Source: a virus (lineage: Duplodnaviria > Caudoviricetes). Taken from it: a DNA stretch of 37,863 bases. How positions within the stretch are numbered: position 1 is the first letter of the stretch; each line of letters opens with the position of its first letter. The position numbers and the translations under genes are program-made. Where the stretch lies: IMG/VR virus record IMGVR_UViG_3300032295_001490, positions 1 to 37,863 of that record; one strand, given 5' to 3'. Shown one piece after another: positions 1-8,891 of the stretch. The notes beneath the pieces are model-generated. The model saw only the letters and a program-made list of their open reading frames with translations. It was not told the origin of the DNA and did no database searches.

Positions 1-285
1 CAAAAAGTTTTAGGGCTTAGTAAGATCAACCGTATAGTAGAATATTTCAGTAAACGTCCGCAAATTCAGGAACGTTTAACAGAGCAGATATTTCACACCT
101 TACAGTTCATCCTTGATACAGAAGATGTTGCAGTTATGATTGATGCTCAACACTATTGTGTTAAGAGTCGTGGTGTAGAAGATACAGGCAGTAGTACTGT
201 TACTTGTCGTTTAGGTGGTGGTTTCAAAACTGACCCAGCCGCAAGACAAGAGTTTTTACAGATTGCTAACAAAGGATGCAAATGA
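1..285 (+). CDS. folE: GTP cyclohydrolase I, C-terminal part (truncated by window start)
   Basis: Frame 1 reads [30 protein letters not shown]...[12 protein letters not shown]..., with the FolE motifs [13 protein letters not shown] and HxC..RGV; TGA at 283-285. Not in the ORF track. Confidence 0.95.
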   Translation, partial: QKVLGLSKINRIVEYFSKRPQIQERLTEQIFHTLQFILDTEDVAVMIDAQHYCVKSRGVEDTGSSTVTCRLGGGFKTDPAARQEFLQIANKGCK

Positions 286-410
286 TTACTTTACTATTGA
301 TTGTATTAGTAGCAGTCATTGCTATTTCTATTGTTCGCAGATTACCACCTAGCAGTTGCATCGGAGATTGTAATCAAGGTCGCAACTGTAATTGTGTTAC
401 AAAGGAATAA
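282..410 (+). CDS. small membrane protein with Cys-rich tail (42 aa)
   Basis: Manual translation [42 protein letters not shown]; ATGA overlap with the folE stop. Confidence 0.65.
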   Translation: MITLLLIVLVAVIAISIVRRLPPSSCIGDCNQGRNCNCVTKE

Positions 411-412
411 AA

Positions 413-649
413 ATGGGATTTCGTTCACCAATGGATAAACATTCAGTACAACATCAAATCTACATGGCTGGTGTAGAATTATACAGTCCTTATAACGACG
501 GGTTCAATCAATTTGAAATCAAAAAAGATTTATACAAACTCAAGTGGTTAATTGATTCAATAATGAAAGACAGCCCTGAGTTTGCAGGTGAAAAAGAGTT
601 TGTAGAAGAACATGAAAAAATTGTAATGTGGAAAACACTGGCAAAATAA
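413..649 (+). CDS. hypothetical protein
   Basis: ORF track 392..649; ATG 413 preceded by AAGGA. Confidence 0.7.
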   Translation: MGFRSPMDKHSVQHQIYMAGVELYSPYNDGFNQFEIKKDLYKLKWLIDSIMKDSPEFAGEKEFVEEHEKIVMWKTLAK

Positions 650-654
650 GACTT

Positions 655-900
655 ATGAATAACATGACGAAAGAAGAAGCAAAAGCTTTCATTCGCCGTG
701 TGATGGGTCCTACTAAACGAACATTAGAAGGACAAGAGAAAGAGAACATGTTAACATTGTTCCGTCTTATTGAACCAATAGAAAGTACAAATAATCAAAG
801 GTCGTTTACAGATGAATACTTACATGCAGGTAAAACATATTACGTTCATTATTTTGGAAACGATATAGAAGTAGAGGAAGTATTACCAGATGACAACTAA
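655..900 (+). CDS. hypothetical protein
   Basis: ORF track 628..900; start likely 655 or 664. Confidence 0.65.
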   Translation: MNNMTKEEAKAFIRRVMGPTKRTLEGQEKENMLTLFRLIEPIESTNNQRSFTDEYLHAGKTYYVHYFGNDIEVEEVLPDDN

Positions 901-1042
901 ATATAATTTAACAAAAGCGGCAATCAACATTGAAGATGCTATTGAAATCATTGAACGTGATATAGGTAAATGCAAAGTTGGCATTGAACTAGAAAGATGT
1001 TTAGTGCAATTAAAAGAAATTATTGAAAGAACAAAAGAATGA
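890..1042 (+). CDS. hypothetical protein (50 aa)
   Basis: Manual ORF MTTKYNLTKAAINIEDAIEII...; GAGGA upstream; fills the gap; ATGA overlap with the next gene. Confidence 0.55.
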   Translation: MTTKYNLTKAAINIEDAIEIIERDIGKCKVGIELERCLVQLKEIIERTKE

Positions 1043-1515
1043 TTTTTAACAATATAAAAGAACTAAAGAAGGAAGGCAAACGGGTTGGTATTGTTTTCTC
1101 ATCGTTTGACCTAATGCATGCGGGTCATATAGCAATGCTCAGTGAGGCAAAGAATCATTGTGATTATTTGATTGCAGGACTACAGACTGATCCAACAATT
1201 GATAGACCAGACACTAAGAATAAACCAGTGCAAAGTATTGTTGAACGACAACTTACATTAGGCGCATGTAGATATGTAGACGAAATCGTAGTTTATAGCA
1301 CTGAGCAAGACTTAATCGATTTGATATTGACACTACCTATTGATGTGCGTATACTAGGAGTTGAGTATGAGGATACAAACTTTACTGGGCGCAATGAAGG
1401 CGCAGGTCGTGGAATACACCATGTGTTTAACAAACGAGACCATTCATTTAGTTCTTCAAGTTTACGTAAACGTGTCTATGACAGTGAATCAAACAAAAAA
1501 GGAGAAGTAAAATGA
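1039..1515 (+). CDS. cytidylyltransferase, TagD / glycerol-3-phosphate cytidylyltransferase-like
   Basis: FDLMHAGH (HxGH), GLQTDP, ER..L..CRYVDE and SSSSLR motifs. Confidence 0.85.
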   Translation: MIFNNIKELKKEGKRVGIVFSSFDLMHAGHIAMLSEAKNHCDYLIAGLQTDPTIDRPDTKNKPVQSIVERQLTLGACRYVDEIVVYSTEQDLIDLILTLPIDVRILGVEYEDTNFTGRNEGAGRGIHHVFNKRDHSFSSSSLRKRVYDSESNKKGEVK

Positions 1516-2312
1516 AACCACAAAGAATTTTAATTATGGGTCTGCCTGGTGCAGGAAAAACTTATCTAGCACAATATGTACTAGAGTATTTACAAAATGA
1601 AAAGAAAAAAGTAGGCTGGTTAAACGCAGACGATGTGCGTAAAAAGTACAATGACTGGGACTTTAGCACAGAAGGTCGTATTCGTCAAAGTCATCGTATG
1701 CGTGAACTAGCAGATACAATGACAGAATATGATTATGTTATCTGTGATTTTGTTGCACCATTAGTTGAAATGCGTAATAACTTCAAAGCAGATTGGACTA
1801 TCTGGGTTGATACTATTGATAAAGGTCGATTTGAAGATACCAACAAAGCCTTCATCCCACCCGAAGTTTATGATTTTAGAATTACAGAACAACACGGTGA
1901 AAAGTGGGGCGAGTTCATTGCCGCCCATATATATGACAACCGTCGTAGACCAGTGTTTGATTGGCAGAAAGAAACTGTACAGATGTTAGGTCGTTGGCAA
2001 CCATGGCATCAAGGACATCGTAAGTTGTTTGAACGTGCTATTGCTAAGACTGGGCAAGTAGTTATTCAGATTAGAGATTGTCAAGGATGGCAAGGTAGTA
2101 ATCCTTTTGCGATTGAACAAGTAAAAAGTTTCATCAAGCGTGACTTAGATATGTTATATCAAGGTCAGTATGAGATACAAATCGTTCCAAATATTGTAAA
2201 TATTACATATGGACGTGATGTTGGATATAAGATTGAACAAGAAACTTTTGACGATGCAACCCATGCTATATCTGCCACAAAAATTCGAAAAGAATTAGGA
2301 TTTGGTAAATAA
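1512..2312 (+). CDS. adenylylsulfate-kinase-like P-loop kinase fused to an HxGH nucleotidyltransferase domain
   Basis: N-terminal GLPGAGKT, NADDVR and DFVAP (CysC-like); C-terminal GRWQPWHQGH ... ISATKIR (NMNAT/cytidyltransferase-like). Confidence 0.8.
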   Translation: MKPQRILIMGLPGAGKTYLAQYVLEYLQNEKKKVGWLNADDVRKKYNDWDFSTEGRIRQSHRMRELADTMTEYDYVICDFVAPLVEMRNNFKADWTIWVDTIDKGRFEDTNKAFIPPEVYDFRITEQHGEKWGEFIAAHIYDNRRRPVFDWQKETVQMLGRWQPWHQGHRKLFERAIAKTGQVVIQIRDCQGWQGSNPFAIEQVKSFIKRDLDMLYQGQYEIQIVPNIVNITYGRDVGYKIEQETFDDATHAISATKIRKELGFGK

Positions 2313-2338
2313 GAATAGCGGCCTCGGCGTCATCCCGC

Positions 2339-2367
2339 TTTACAAATTCTGCTGCCTATGCTATAAT
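2339..2367 (+). promoter_or_regulatory. sigma70-type promoter upstream of queD
   Basis: TTTACA-17 nt-TATAAT with extended TG. Confidence 0.65.
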
Positions 2368-2383
2368 AACATAGGAGAAAATA

Positions 2384-2911
2384 ATGGCAAAATATCTTTC
2401 AACAAAAACTTACGGTAACGACAGAGGACTTTCGTGTTGCTTTAGACAATGGCGTAGTACCCATTCACATTGCTCACTACTACACGGATACTCAATCGGT
2501 ATCAAACTAGTTTTTGAATCAGAAACACTAGACGACCGTAATTGGGTTATGGACTTTGGTGGACTCAAAGCATTTAAAGAATGGGCCGACTGGCAATTCG
2601 ATCATACAATGGTCATTGCTAAAGATGATCCGGAACGTGGTACTTTTGTAGAACTGAACAAGATACAAGGCGGGTTTAAAAACATGGGTATCATTGACCT
2701 ACGTATTGTAGATGGCGTGGGATGTGAAATGTTTGCTCAGTTAGTATATAAGGTCATGAATGAAATTTTAGGTGCGTACCAAGCAGGTATAGGATGGATA
2801 CATCCAGATGGTCGAGTATTTGAAGCACGGTATCCAGTAGGCACAGGTGTTCGTTTGCGTAGTGCAGAAGTATTCGAACACGCAGGCAACTCCGCAGTAT
2901 ACGAAGGGTAA
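2384..2911 (+). CDS. queD: 6-carboxy-5,6,7,8-tetrahydropterin synthase (QueD/PTPS family)
   Basis: HCSLLHGY, WVMDFGGLK, FDH and terminal EHAGNSA motifs; SD AGGAG; folE/queE context. Confidence 0.88.
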   Translation: MAKYLSTKTYGNDRGLSCCFRQWRSTHSHCSLLHGYSIGIKLVFESETLDDRNWVMDFGGLKAFKEWADWQFDHTMVIAKDDPERGTFVELNKIQGGFKNMGIIDLRIVDGVGCEMFAQLVYKVMNEILGAYQAGIGWIHPDGRVFEARYPVGTGVRLRSAEVFEHAGNSAVYEG

Positions 2912-2912
2912 T

Positions 2913-3575
2913 ATGGCACACCTAGTAGCAAATATTCCTCCAGTGCATTGTTATATTCGCCGTGAATTCCTTTATGATTTTCAAAAGGGGCATGGCGAAT
3001 ATGAACCTTGCATTTGGGTAAGTATAAAAAGCCTACGTAGTCAAGCATTTAGAATCGAAGCATACTTACCTAGATATGGTGCATTATATGACAAACTACC
3101 TTTACATGCATATGTAAGCAGAAACAAAGATTTAGATTCAGCTAAGTTTTTAGATTTGGATACACTACAAATTTGGGACTGTTTTAGTTATGATTTCACT
3201 GTAATACAAAAGGCATTCTTGCGTAATTTAAGTTGCAAGTTCTACGCAAAAGATAAAAACTTTTATCAAGGCAATTATCTTTTTACGGTAGACCATAGTG
3301 CTCCTGATTTAAATTTGATTGATACTAGTTATGCTGAATGGCCAGAAGATCACAAGAGTTTCAATTTCATTGAATTAGAAAACGGGCAGTATGCGGCTCA
3401 ACCAAATAACCGTTGCATATTCTTGGATGCGGCTAGCAATCCAAAAGAACTGCTATTCCCGGACTTTAAAGTAGCTACTAAAAAATATGTAGTAGAAACT
3501 AATCCCAAATGGGCATTAGGTGATTCTACTACCGTGATGTACGAAGAGGATAAAGATGTTAGAAACAATATGTGA
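2913..3575 (+). CDS. conserved hypothetical phage protein
   Basis: ATG 2913 (MAHLVANIPPV...), tightly packed between queD and the aldolase gene. Confidence 0.75.
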   Translation: MAHLVANIPPVHCYIRREFLYDFQKGHGEYEPCIWVSIKSLRSQAFRIEAYLPRYGALYDKLPLHAYVSRNKDLDSAKFLDLDTLQIWDCFSYDFTVIQKAFLRNLSCKFYAKDKNFYQGNYLFTVDHSAPDLNLIDTSYAEWPEDHKSFNFIELENGQYAAQPNNRCIFLDAASNPKELLFPDFKVATKKYVVETNPKWALGDSTTVMYEEDKDVRNNM

Positions 3576-4191
3576 TATTATGGTAGACGCTTATAAGCGT
3601 AACTGGATTACCAGTCGTGACGGCAACATAAGCATTCGTCATCATGATCGTGACCACTTTTACATTACACCCAGTGGTGTACGTAAGCAAACACTACAAC
3701 CCGATCAGTTTAAAAAGATTGGTATTATGTTTCAACCAGTTGAAAGGTGGAACTGGGTAGATTTACCATATACTGACATTAGTAAGAATCTAAAGCCCAG
3801 TGGAGAAATTCCACTACACTTTGGCTTACAAAAGCGTATGGGACAACACGCAGGAGAAGTTCGTGTAATAGTACATGTGCATCCTACGTACTGCATTGCA
3901 GCCATGCATGCCGGCATTGACCTAAGCACTATTAGTAATGCGTTTCCAGAACTCAATCGCTATACAAAAGTTGCTCCAAACGTGGGTGATGTTCCTCCAA
4001 TTAGTCAAGAACTTGCTGATCGTTGTCATGAGAATCTCAAGTTAGATGATTATGGTAATATTGCCTACGACATTGTAGGGATTAAAGGACATGGAGTTGT
4101 AGCTATTGATACAAGCCCATGGCGTGCTTACGAGCACATAGAAAGATTAGAACATATTTGTAAAATTGTATTAGCAAGTGGAAAATATTAA
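3556..4191 (+). CDS. class II aldolase/adducin family protein (FucA/AraD/MtnB-like)
   Basis: DGNIS, ITPSG, PSGEIPLH, VHVHP and GHGVV Zn-binding motifs. Confidence 0.88.
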   Translation: MLETICDIMVDAYKRNWITSRDGNISIRHHDRDHFYITPSGVRKQTLQPDQFKKIGIMFQPVERWNWVDLPYTDISKNLKPSGEIPLHFGLQKRMGQHAGEVRVIVHVHPTYCIAAMHAGIDLSTISNAFPELNRYTKVAPNVGDVPPISQELADRCHENLKLDDYGNIAYDIVGIKGHGVVAIDTSPWRAYEHIERLEHICKIVLASGKY

Positions 4192-4388
4192 TGATGAAGT
4201 TTTTTTCTAGAGGTGTAGAAACATTACGACAACCTGACCGCAATCCTAGATGTTATGAATTGACAGATAAAGAACGACTTGATAAAATTCGTGAGTGGAA
4301 CAATCGTAATATTTGGAATGATCCTTCTCTCACTTATGAAGATGCGTTAGCACAAGACTTACCAAAAAATAGATACTACGGAGCATAA
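4191..4388 (+). CDS. hypothetical protein
   Basis: ORF track; coupled to the upstream stop. Confidence 0.6.
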   Translation: MMKFFSRGVETLRQPDRNPRCYELTDKERLDKIREWNNRNIWNDPSLTYEDALAQDLPKNRYYGA

Positions 4389-4389
4389 T

Positions 4390-4485
4390 ATGACCATTAA
4401 TGAAATTATTGCCATAGTACTCATGATAACTGTAGTAGGAGTAGTACTATGGGATATGCACAAGAATAAGGATAATAATGAATAA
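4390..4485 (+). CDS. small membrane peptide (31 aa)
   Basis: Manual ORF MTINEIIAIVLMITVVGVVLWDMHKNKDNNE with GGAG upstream. Confidence 0.45.
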   Translation: MTINEIIAIVLMITVVGVVLWDMHKNKDNNE

Positions 4486-5644
4486 AAATGTAGCAGTCAT
4501 CGGGGCCGGCATTACAGGCATTACAACAGCATATTACCTTGCTAAAAAAGGTTATAGTGTGACTGTCTATGAACAAGAACCACATGCGGCAATGCGTACA
4601 AGTTTTGCCAATGGTGGTCAAGTAAGTGTCAGCAACAGCGAAGTCTGGACTACTTGGAGCAATGTAAAGAAGGGCATCAAGTGGCTCTTTAAGAAAGATG
4701 CTCCGTTATTGATTCGTCCCAGACTTGATTGGGCACAATGGCGATGGATGACAAAGTTTCTTTGGAATACTATTACCAATCAATACGAAAAGAATACTAG
4801 TGAAACAATTAAGATGGGGCTAGAGTCTAGTAAGTTGTACAAGGAGATTATGTACAGTGAAAGATTATCATTCGACCAATCACCCTCAGGCATTCTTCAC
4901 TTCTACAAAGACAAACAATACTTTGAAGCCGCTAAACAAGCACAACAAATCTATCGAAAGAATGGATGTGAATGGGATATTCTTTCAGCCGAGAAAACAA
5001 AAGGGCTTGACAGTACATTATCTAATGTTCATGGAATAATCGGTGGTGCTTGGACATTGAGTGACTGGACAGGTGACATTCACAAGTTTTGTTATGAACT
5101 TGCTAAGGTTCTTGAAAACAAATACGGTGTTATATTCGAATATAACTGGAAGATTAACCATATCGAAGAAGTTTCATACTACGATGCGGTAGTCATTAGC
5201 AATGGTGTCGGTAGTACACGGTTAGCAAAGACTGTGGGTGACACGATTGATGTGTATCCCGTTAAAGGTTACAGCATCACTATTAACAATGTAGACAAGA
5301 AACACTTACCTGTTGTTAGTCTATTAGATGACCAAGCTAAGATTGTCACAAGTAGTTTGGGCAATAGATTCCGTGTTGCAGGTACTGCTGAGTTAACAGG
5401 TGAAAACTATGATATCAAACATGACAGAGTTAAACCTTTGTTAGATTGGGTACATACTAATTTCCCAAATATCAATACACATGACTACACAAGTTGGGCA
5501 TGTTTAAGACCAATGACCCCAAATATGATGCCTATTACCAAACGTAGTGACAAAAATTCTAAAGTGTTCTATAATACAGGACATGGTCATTTAGGTTGGA
5601 CATTAGCTCCAGTAACAGCAAAACGAATTGCGGATATAATATGA
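4478..5644 (+). CDS. dadA: D-amino acid dehydrogenase-like FAD-dependent oxidoreductase
   Basis: GAGITG FAD motif, TSFANGGQ, YPVKGYSIT, WACLRPMTP and NTGHGHLGWT. Confidence 0.88.
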   Translation: MNKNVAVIGAGITGITTAYYLAKKGYSVTVYEQEPHAAMRTSFANGGQVSVSNSEVWTTWSNVKKGIKWLFKKDAPLLIRPRLDWAQWRWMTKFLWNTITNQYEKNTSETIKMGLESSKLYKEIMYSERLSFDQSPSGILHFYKDKQYFEAAKQAQQIYRKNGCEWDILSAEKTKGLDSTLSNVHGIIGGAWTLSDWTGDIHKFCYELAKVLENKYGVIFEYNWKINHIEEVSYYDAVVISNGVGSTRLAKTVGDTIDVYPVKGYSITINNVDKKHLPVVSLLDDQAKIVTSSLGNRFRVAGTAELTGENYDIKHDRVKPLLDWVHTNFPNINTHDYTSWACLRPMTPNMMPITKRSDKNSKVFYNTGHGHLGWTLAPVTAKRIADII

Positions 5645-6492
5645 ATCAAATAAAAATTAGTGAGTTATTTTATAGTATTCAAGGTGAGGGTCGATACATG
5701 GGTGTACCGAGTGTGTTCTTACGCACATTTGGTTGCAACTTAAAATGTGCTGGCTTCGGTATGCCTCGAGGTGAATTGAGTGAAGAAAGAATTGATATTG
5801 CTAAACAAGCACAAAATTACAAAGATTATAAATCCTTACCACTTGTCAGTACGGGATGTGATTCTTATGCATCTTGGGACCCTAATTTTAAACATCTTAG
5901 TCCTTACTACAGTACCGATACTATTGTTAGTCGCATTATGGATATACTGCCATTCAATAGTTGGCACGATGAGCACTTGGTTATCACGGGTGGTGAACCG
6001 CTTCTAGGATGGCAACAACTATATCCCGAATTACTAAGTCATGAAAAGATGACTAACTTAAAAGAGTTAACATTTGAAACTAATGGTACACAACCATTAG
6101 GTGAAGAACTTAAAAAGTTTTTTCAAAAGAAATGGCATAGACAAAAAGGCATTGAGACAATTACATTCAGTGTTAGTGCAAAACTATCTAGCAGTGGTGA
6201 GAAACTTGAAGATACTATTTGCCCTGATATAGTTCGTGAATATGAAATGTATGGTCATGCATATCTCAAGTTAGTTGTTGCAACGAATGAAGATGTTGAG
6301 GAAGCACTAGAAGTAGTCAACACATATCGTAAGGCCAACTTCTATGGTCCAGTTTACTTGATGCCAGTAGGTGGTGTTGAAAAGGTATACAGTTTGAACA
6401 ATCGCCGAGTTGCAGAACTTGCAATGAAGCATGGGTTGCGTTATAGCGATAGATTACAAGTGCCATTGTTTAAAAACGAGTGGGGCACTTGA
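5641..6492 (+). CDS. queE: 7-carboxy-7-deazaguanine synthase (radical SAM)
   Basis: ELFYSIQGEG, FLRTFGCNLKC...CDS, ITGGEPL, FETNGT and RLQ motifs; ATG 5641 overlaps the dadA stop. Confidence 0.9.
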   Translation: MNQIKISELFYSIQGEGRYMGVPSVFLRTFGCNLKCAGFGMPRGELSEERIDIAKQAQNYKDYKSLPLVSTGCDSYASWDPNFKHLSPYYSTDTIVSRIMDILPFNSWHDEHLVITGGEPLLGWQQLYPELLSHEKMTNLKELTFETNGTQPLGEELKKFFQKKWHRQKGIETITFSVSAKLSSSGEKLEDTICPDIVREYEMYGHAYLKLVVATNEDVEEALEVVNTYRKANFYGPVYLMPVGGVEKVYSLNNRRVAELAMKHGLRYSDRLQVPLFKNEWGT

Positions 6493-6710
6493 TGCCACAA
6501 ACACAATCATACGATCATTTCTATGAGAGAGTGGTAGGCACTGAATATAAGTTTGCTTGGTTACCTAAAACTTGTCACATATCGGGAAAACGTATTTGGT
6601 TAAAGAAGGGTTACCTATTGACTAGACTTATTACTGGGCCCGGCGATACACTATTTGAGTATCGTTGGCATGATAAGAATGCCCATATTATATGGAAGTT
6701 AACAAGGTAA
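6492..6710 (+). CDS. hypothetical protein
   Basis: ORF track 6480..6710; TGATG coupling at 6492. Confidence 0.65.
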   Translation: MPQTQSYDHFYERVVGTEYKFAWLPKTCHISGKRIWLKKGYLLTRLITGPGDTLFEYRWHDKNAHIIWKLTR

Positions 6711-6717
6711 ATACAAG

Positions 6718-8067
6718 ATGAAATTATACAATAAACGAATTGCATTCTTAATTAGTGACCAGCATTTTATTCCCCATGGTGGAATCGGTAGCTTTTGTAA
6801 AAGCTTTACTGAAATGTGCGGTAGGTTGAATTGGAAGGTTGATGTTATTTTAGATAAAGCACCTACCGGTACATTTGATACAGTCATTGAGAATGCAGGT
6901 GCTAATCTAGTTTGGCCATTAGAACCATTACGTTATAACAACCATACTTCAACATTTGCGTTTAGTGATACTATAAATTTTGAAAAGATTATTAACTTTC
7001 GAACCGCATTAGTAGAAGCATTTGAAGAAAATGTATATGATATGATTGTGTGTAACACACAAGAAGCGATGACTGCGGCGTATGCATTGACTGTCAATAG
7101 ATACATTCCAGTTGTATTCTATACACATTTGCATAGTATGATCTTCCGTGAAAGTCAAGGCAGTGATGTGTTTTTAGATAGCTATCATAACTTCTATAAC
7201 AAGCATATGGAATTTAGTGATATCATTATCGGCACACAGAGTCAAAAGAACATTGACGAATTGACAAAATACGGTGCGTCTAACTGTGCTTTACTACCCA
7301 TGCCTATGAGTGAGCGTGGATTACTAGAGCCATATACAGGACCTCGTAAAGGAGTATTGTTTATAGGTCGATGGGAAGAAGGTAAAAACCCAGAAGCATA
7401 TCTTAGAGCAATGAAAGAGGCAAAACTTCCTTGCAAGGTAATGACTAATAATAATGGTGCTAAGAAGTTTGAAAAGGCTTTCAAAGAAGCAGGCATCACT
7501 GATTATGAAATTAAAGCAGGGATTACTGGTCAAGAGAAAGTAGACTTTATTCGCAGTAGCAAGGTATTCTTTATGCCAAGTCTGCGTGAGAACTATCCAT
7601 TTGCATTTTTAGAATGTTTGGGTCACATGCCTTGTGTAGTACTTGATACACAAGATTGGTCAGATAACTTTAATAGCATTTTCTTTCACAAGACACATAT
7701 TAGCACAGCGGCTGATAGAATCAAGACCCTATATGATATAGATCAACCATCAGATGCGTTAGAATATGTAAAGCAACTAGATGATAAAGTAGCACAAGCA
7801 TGGGTTAAGTTCTTAATTGATTTTGTAGGTAAGCGTAGTAATACAAATACTGCAAAGATTAACTCATATGAAACAATCAAGTACAGAGATTACATAAAAG
7901 AACTGGATCGAAAATTTATAGCACGTGAAGATTTCGAAAGTGTGTTATCAAATAAACACAAGTTTATCAATGTTTGGTACACTGACAATGATACATATTT
8001 GAGCAAAGACCCAACATTTAAACCAACAATAGAGGAAACAAGTGAAAGCTTGTTTGAATGGCAATGA
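6718..8067 (+). CDS. glycosyltransferase, GT-B fold (family 4-like)
   Basis: PHGGIG N-terminal loop, LFIGRWEEGKN, and MPSLRENYPFAFLE (EX7E). Confidence 0.82.
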   Translation: MKLYNKRIAFLISDQHFIPHGGIGSFCKSFTEMCGRLNWKVDVILDKAPTGTFDTVIENAGANLVWPLEPLRYNNHTSTFAFSDTINFEKIINFRTALVEAFEENVYDMIVCNTQEAMTAAYALTVNRYIPVVFYTHLHSMIFRESQGSDVFLDSYHNFYNKHMEFSDIIIGTQSQKNIDELTKYGASNCALLPMPMSERGLLEPYTGPRKGVLFIGRWEEGKNPEAYLRAMKEAKLPCKVMTNNNGAKKFEKAFKEAGITDYEIKAGITGQEKVDFIRSSKVFFMPSLRENYPFAFLECLGHMPCVVLDTQDWSDNFNSIFFHKTHISTAADRIKTLYDIDQPSDALEYVKQLDDKVAQAWVKFLIDFVGKRSNTNTAKINSYETIKYRDYIKELDRKFIAREDFESVLSNKHKFINVWYTDNDTYLSKDPTFKPTIEETSESLFEWQ

Positions 8068-8891
8068 AGAAAATTTTAATTACAGGTAGCTCAGGCTACA
8101 TCGGTTCGCATCTATGTGATCTATTAGCAGGTGAATATGAAGTACATGGACTTGATATCAATGACCCGCAAGTAGAAGTTGATAAGTTTTATAAACTAGA
8201 TATCAACAAGCAGTTCTCAATCGAAGGTATTGAGTTTGATGCAGTTGTGCATTTGGCTGCATTAGTCAATGTAGGTGAGAGTCAAGAACGACCCATCAGC
8301 TATTATATTACTAACTTGAACGGTACAATGAATGTAATGAACAAAGTAAAGACAAAAAACTTTATCTTTGCTAGTACTGGTGCCGCTCAAGATTGCATTA
8401 GTGCATATGGTGTCAGTAAACGTGCCGCAGAAGATGTAGTTCGTTCATACACAAAGATGTCGGAATCAGACTATACTATCTTTAGATTCTACAATGTTAT
8501 AGGTACTACAGTTGTAAAGCCAACTAATCCAGATGGATTATTCTACAATCTAATCAAAGCTAAAGACACTGGTTCTTTCACTATCTATGGCACTGATTAT
8601 CCAAACACCAGTGACGGTACATGTGTTCGTGACTATGTTCATGTAGAAGAAATATGCCACGCTATCAAAATGGCAATTGAGAAGCCTGCAAACAAAACTG
8701 AATGTTTAGGACATGGTGTGGGATATACAGTACAAGAAATGTCTAGTATCTTTCAAAAAGTCAACGACTGCAACTTTGAGGTAATCAAAGGACCACGCAG
8801 AGACGGTGACATTGAGTACTATGTACTAGCAGATGTAAGTCCATATATGAAGAACCTCTACAGTGTAGAGGATCTTTTGAGAATTGATTAA
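8064..8891 (+). CDS. galE: NAD-dependent epimerase/dehydratase (UDP-glucose 4-epimerase-like)
   Basis: TGSSGYIGS, HLAA..VGES, YGVSK, RFYNV, DGTCVRDYVHV and RRDGD. Confidence 0.85.
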   Translation: MKKILITGSSGYIGSHLCDLLAGEYEVHGLDINDPQVEVDKFYKLDINKQFSIEGIEFDAVVHLAALVNVGESQERPISYYITNLNGTMNVMNKVKTKNFIFASTGAAQDCISAYGVSKRAAEDVVRSYTKMSESDYTIFRFYNVIGTTVVKPTNPDGLFYNLIKAKDTGSFTIYGTDYPNTSDGTCVRDYVHVEEICHAIKMAIEKPANKTECLGHGVGYTVQEMSSIFQKVNDCNFEVIKGPRRDGDIEYYVLADVSPYMKNLYSVEDLLRID

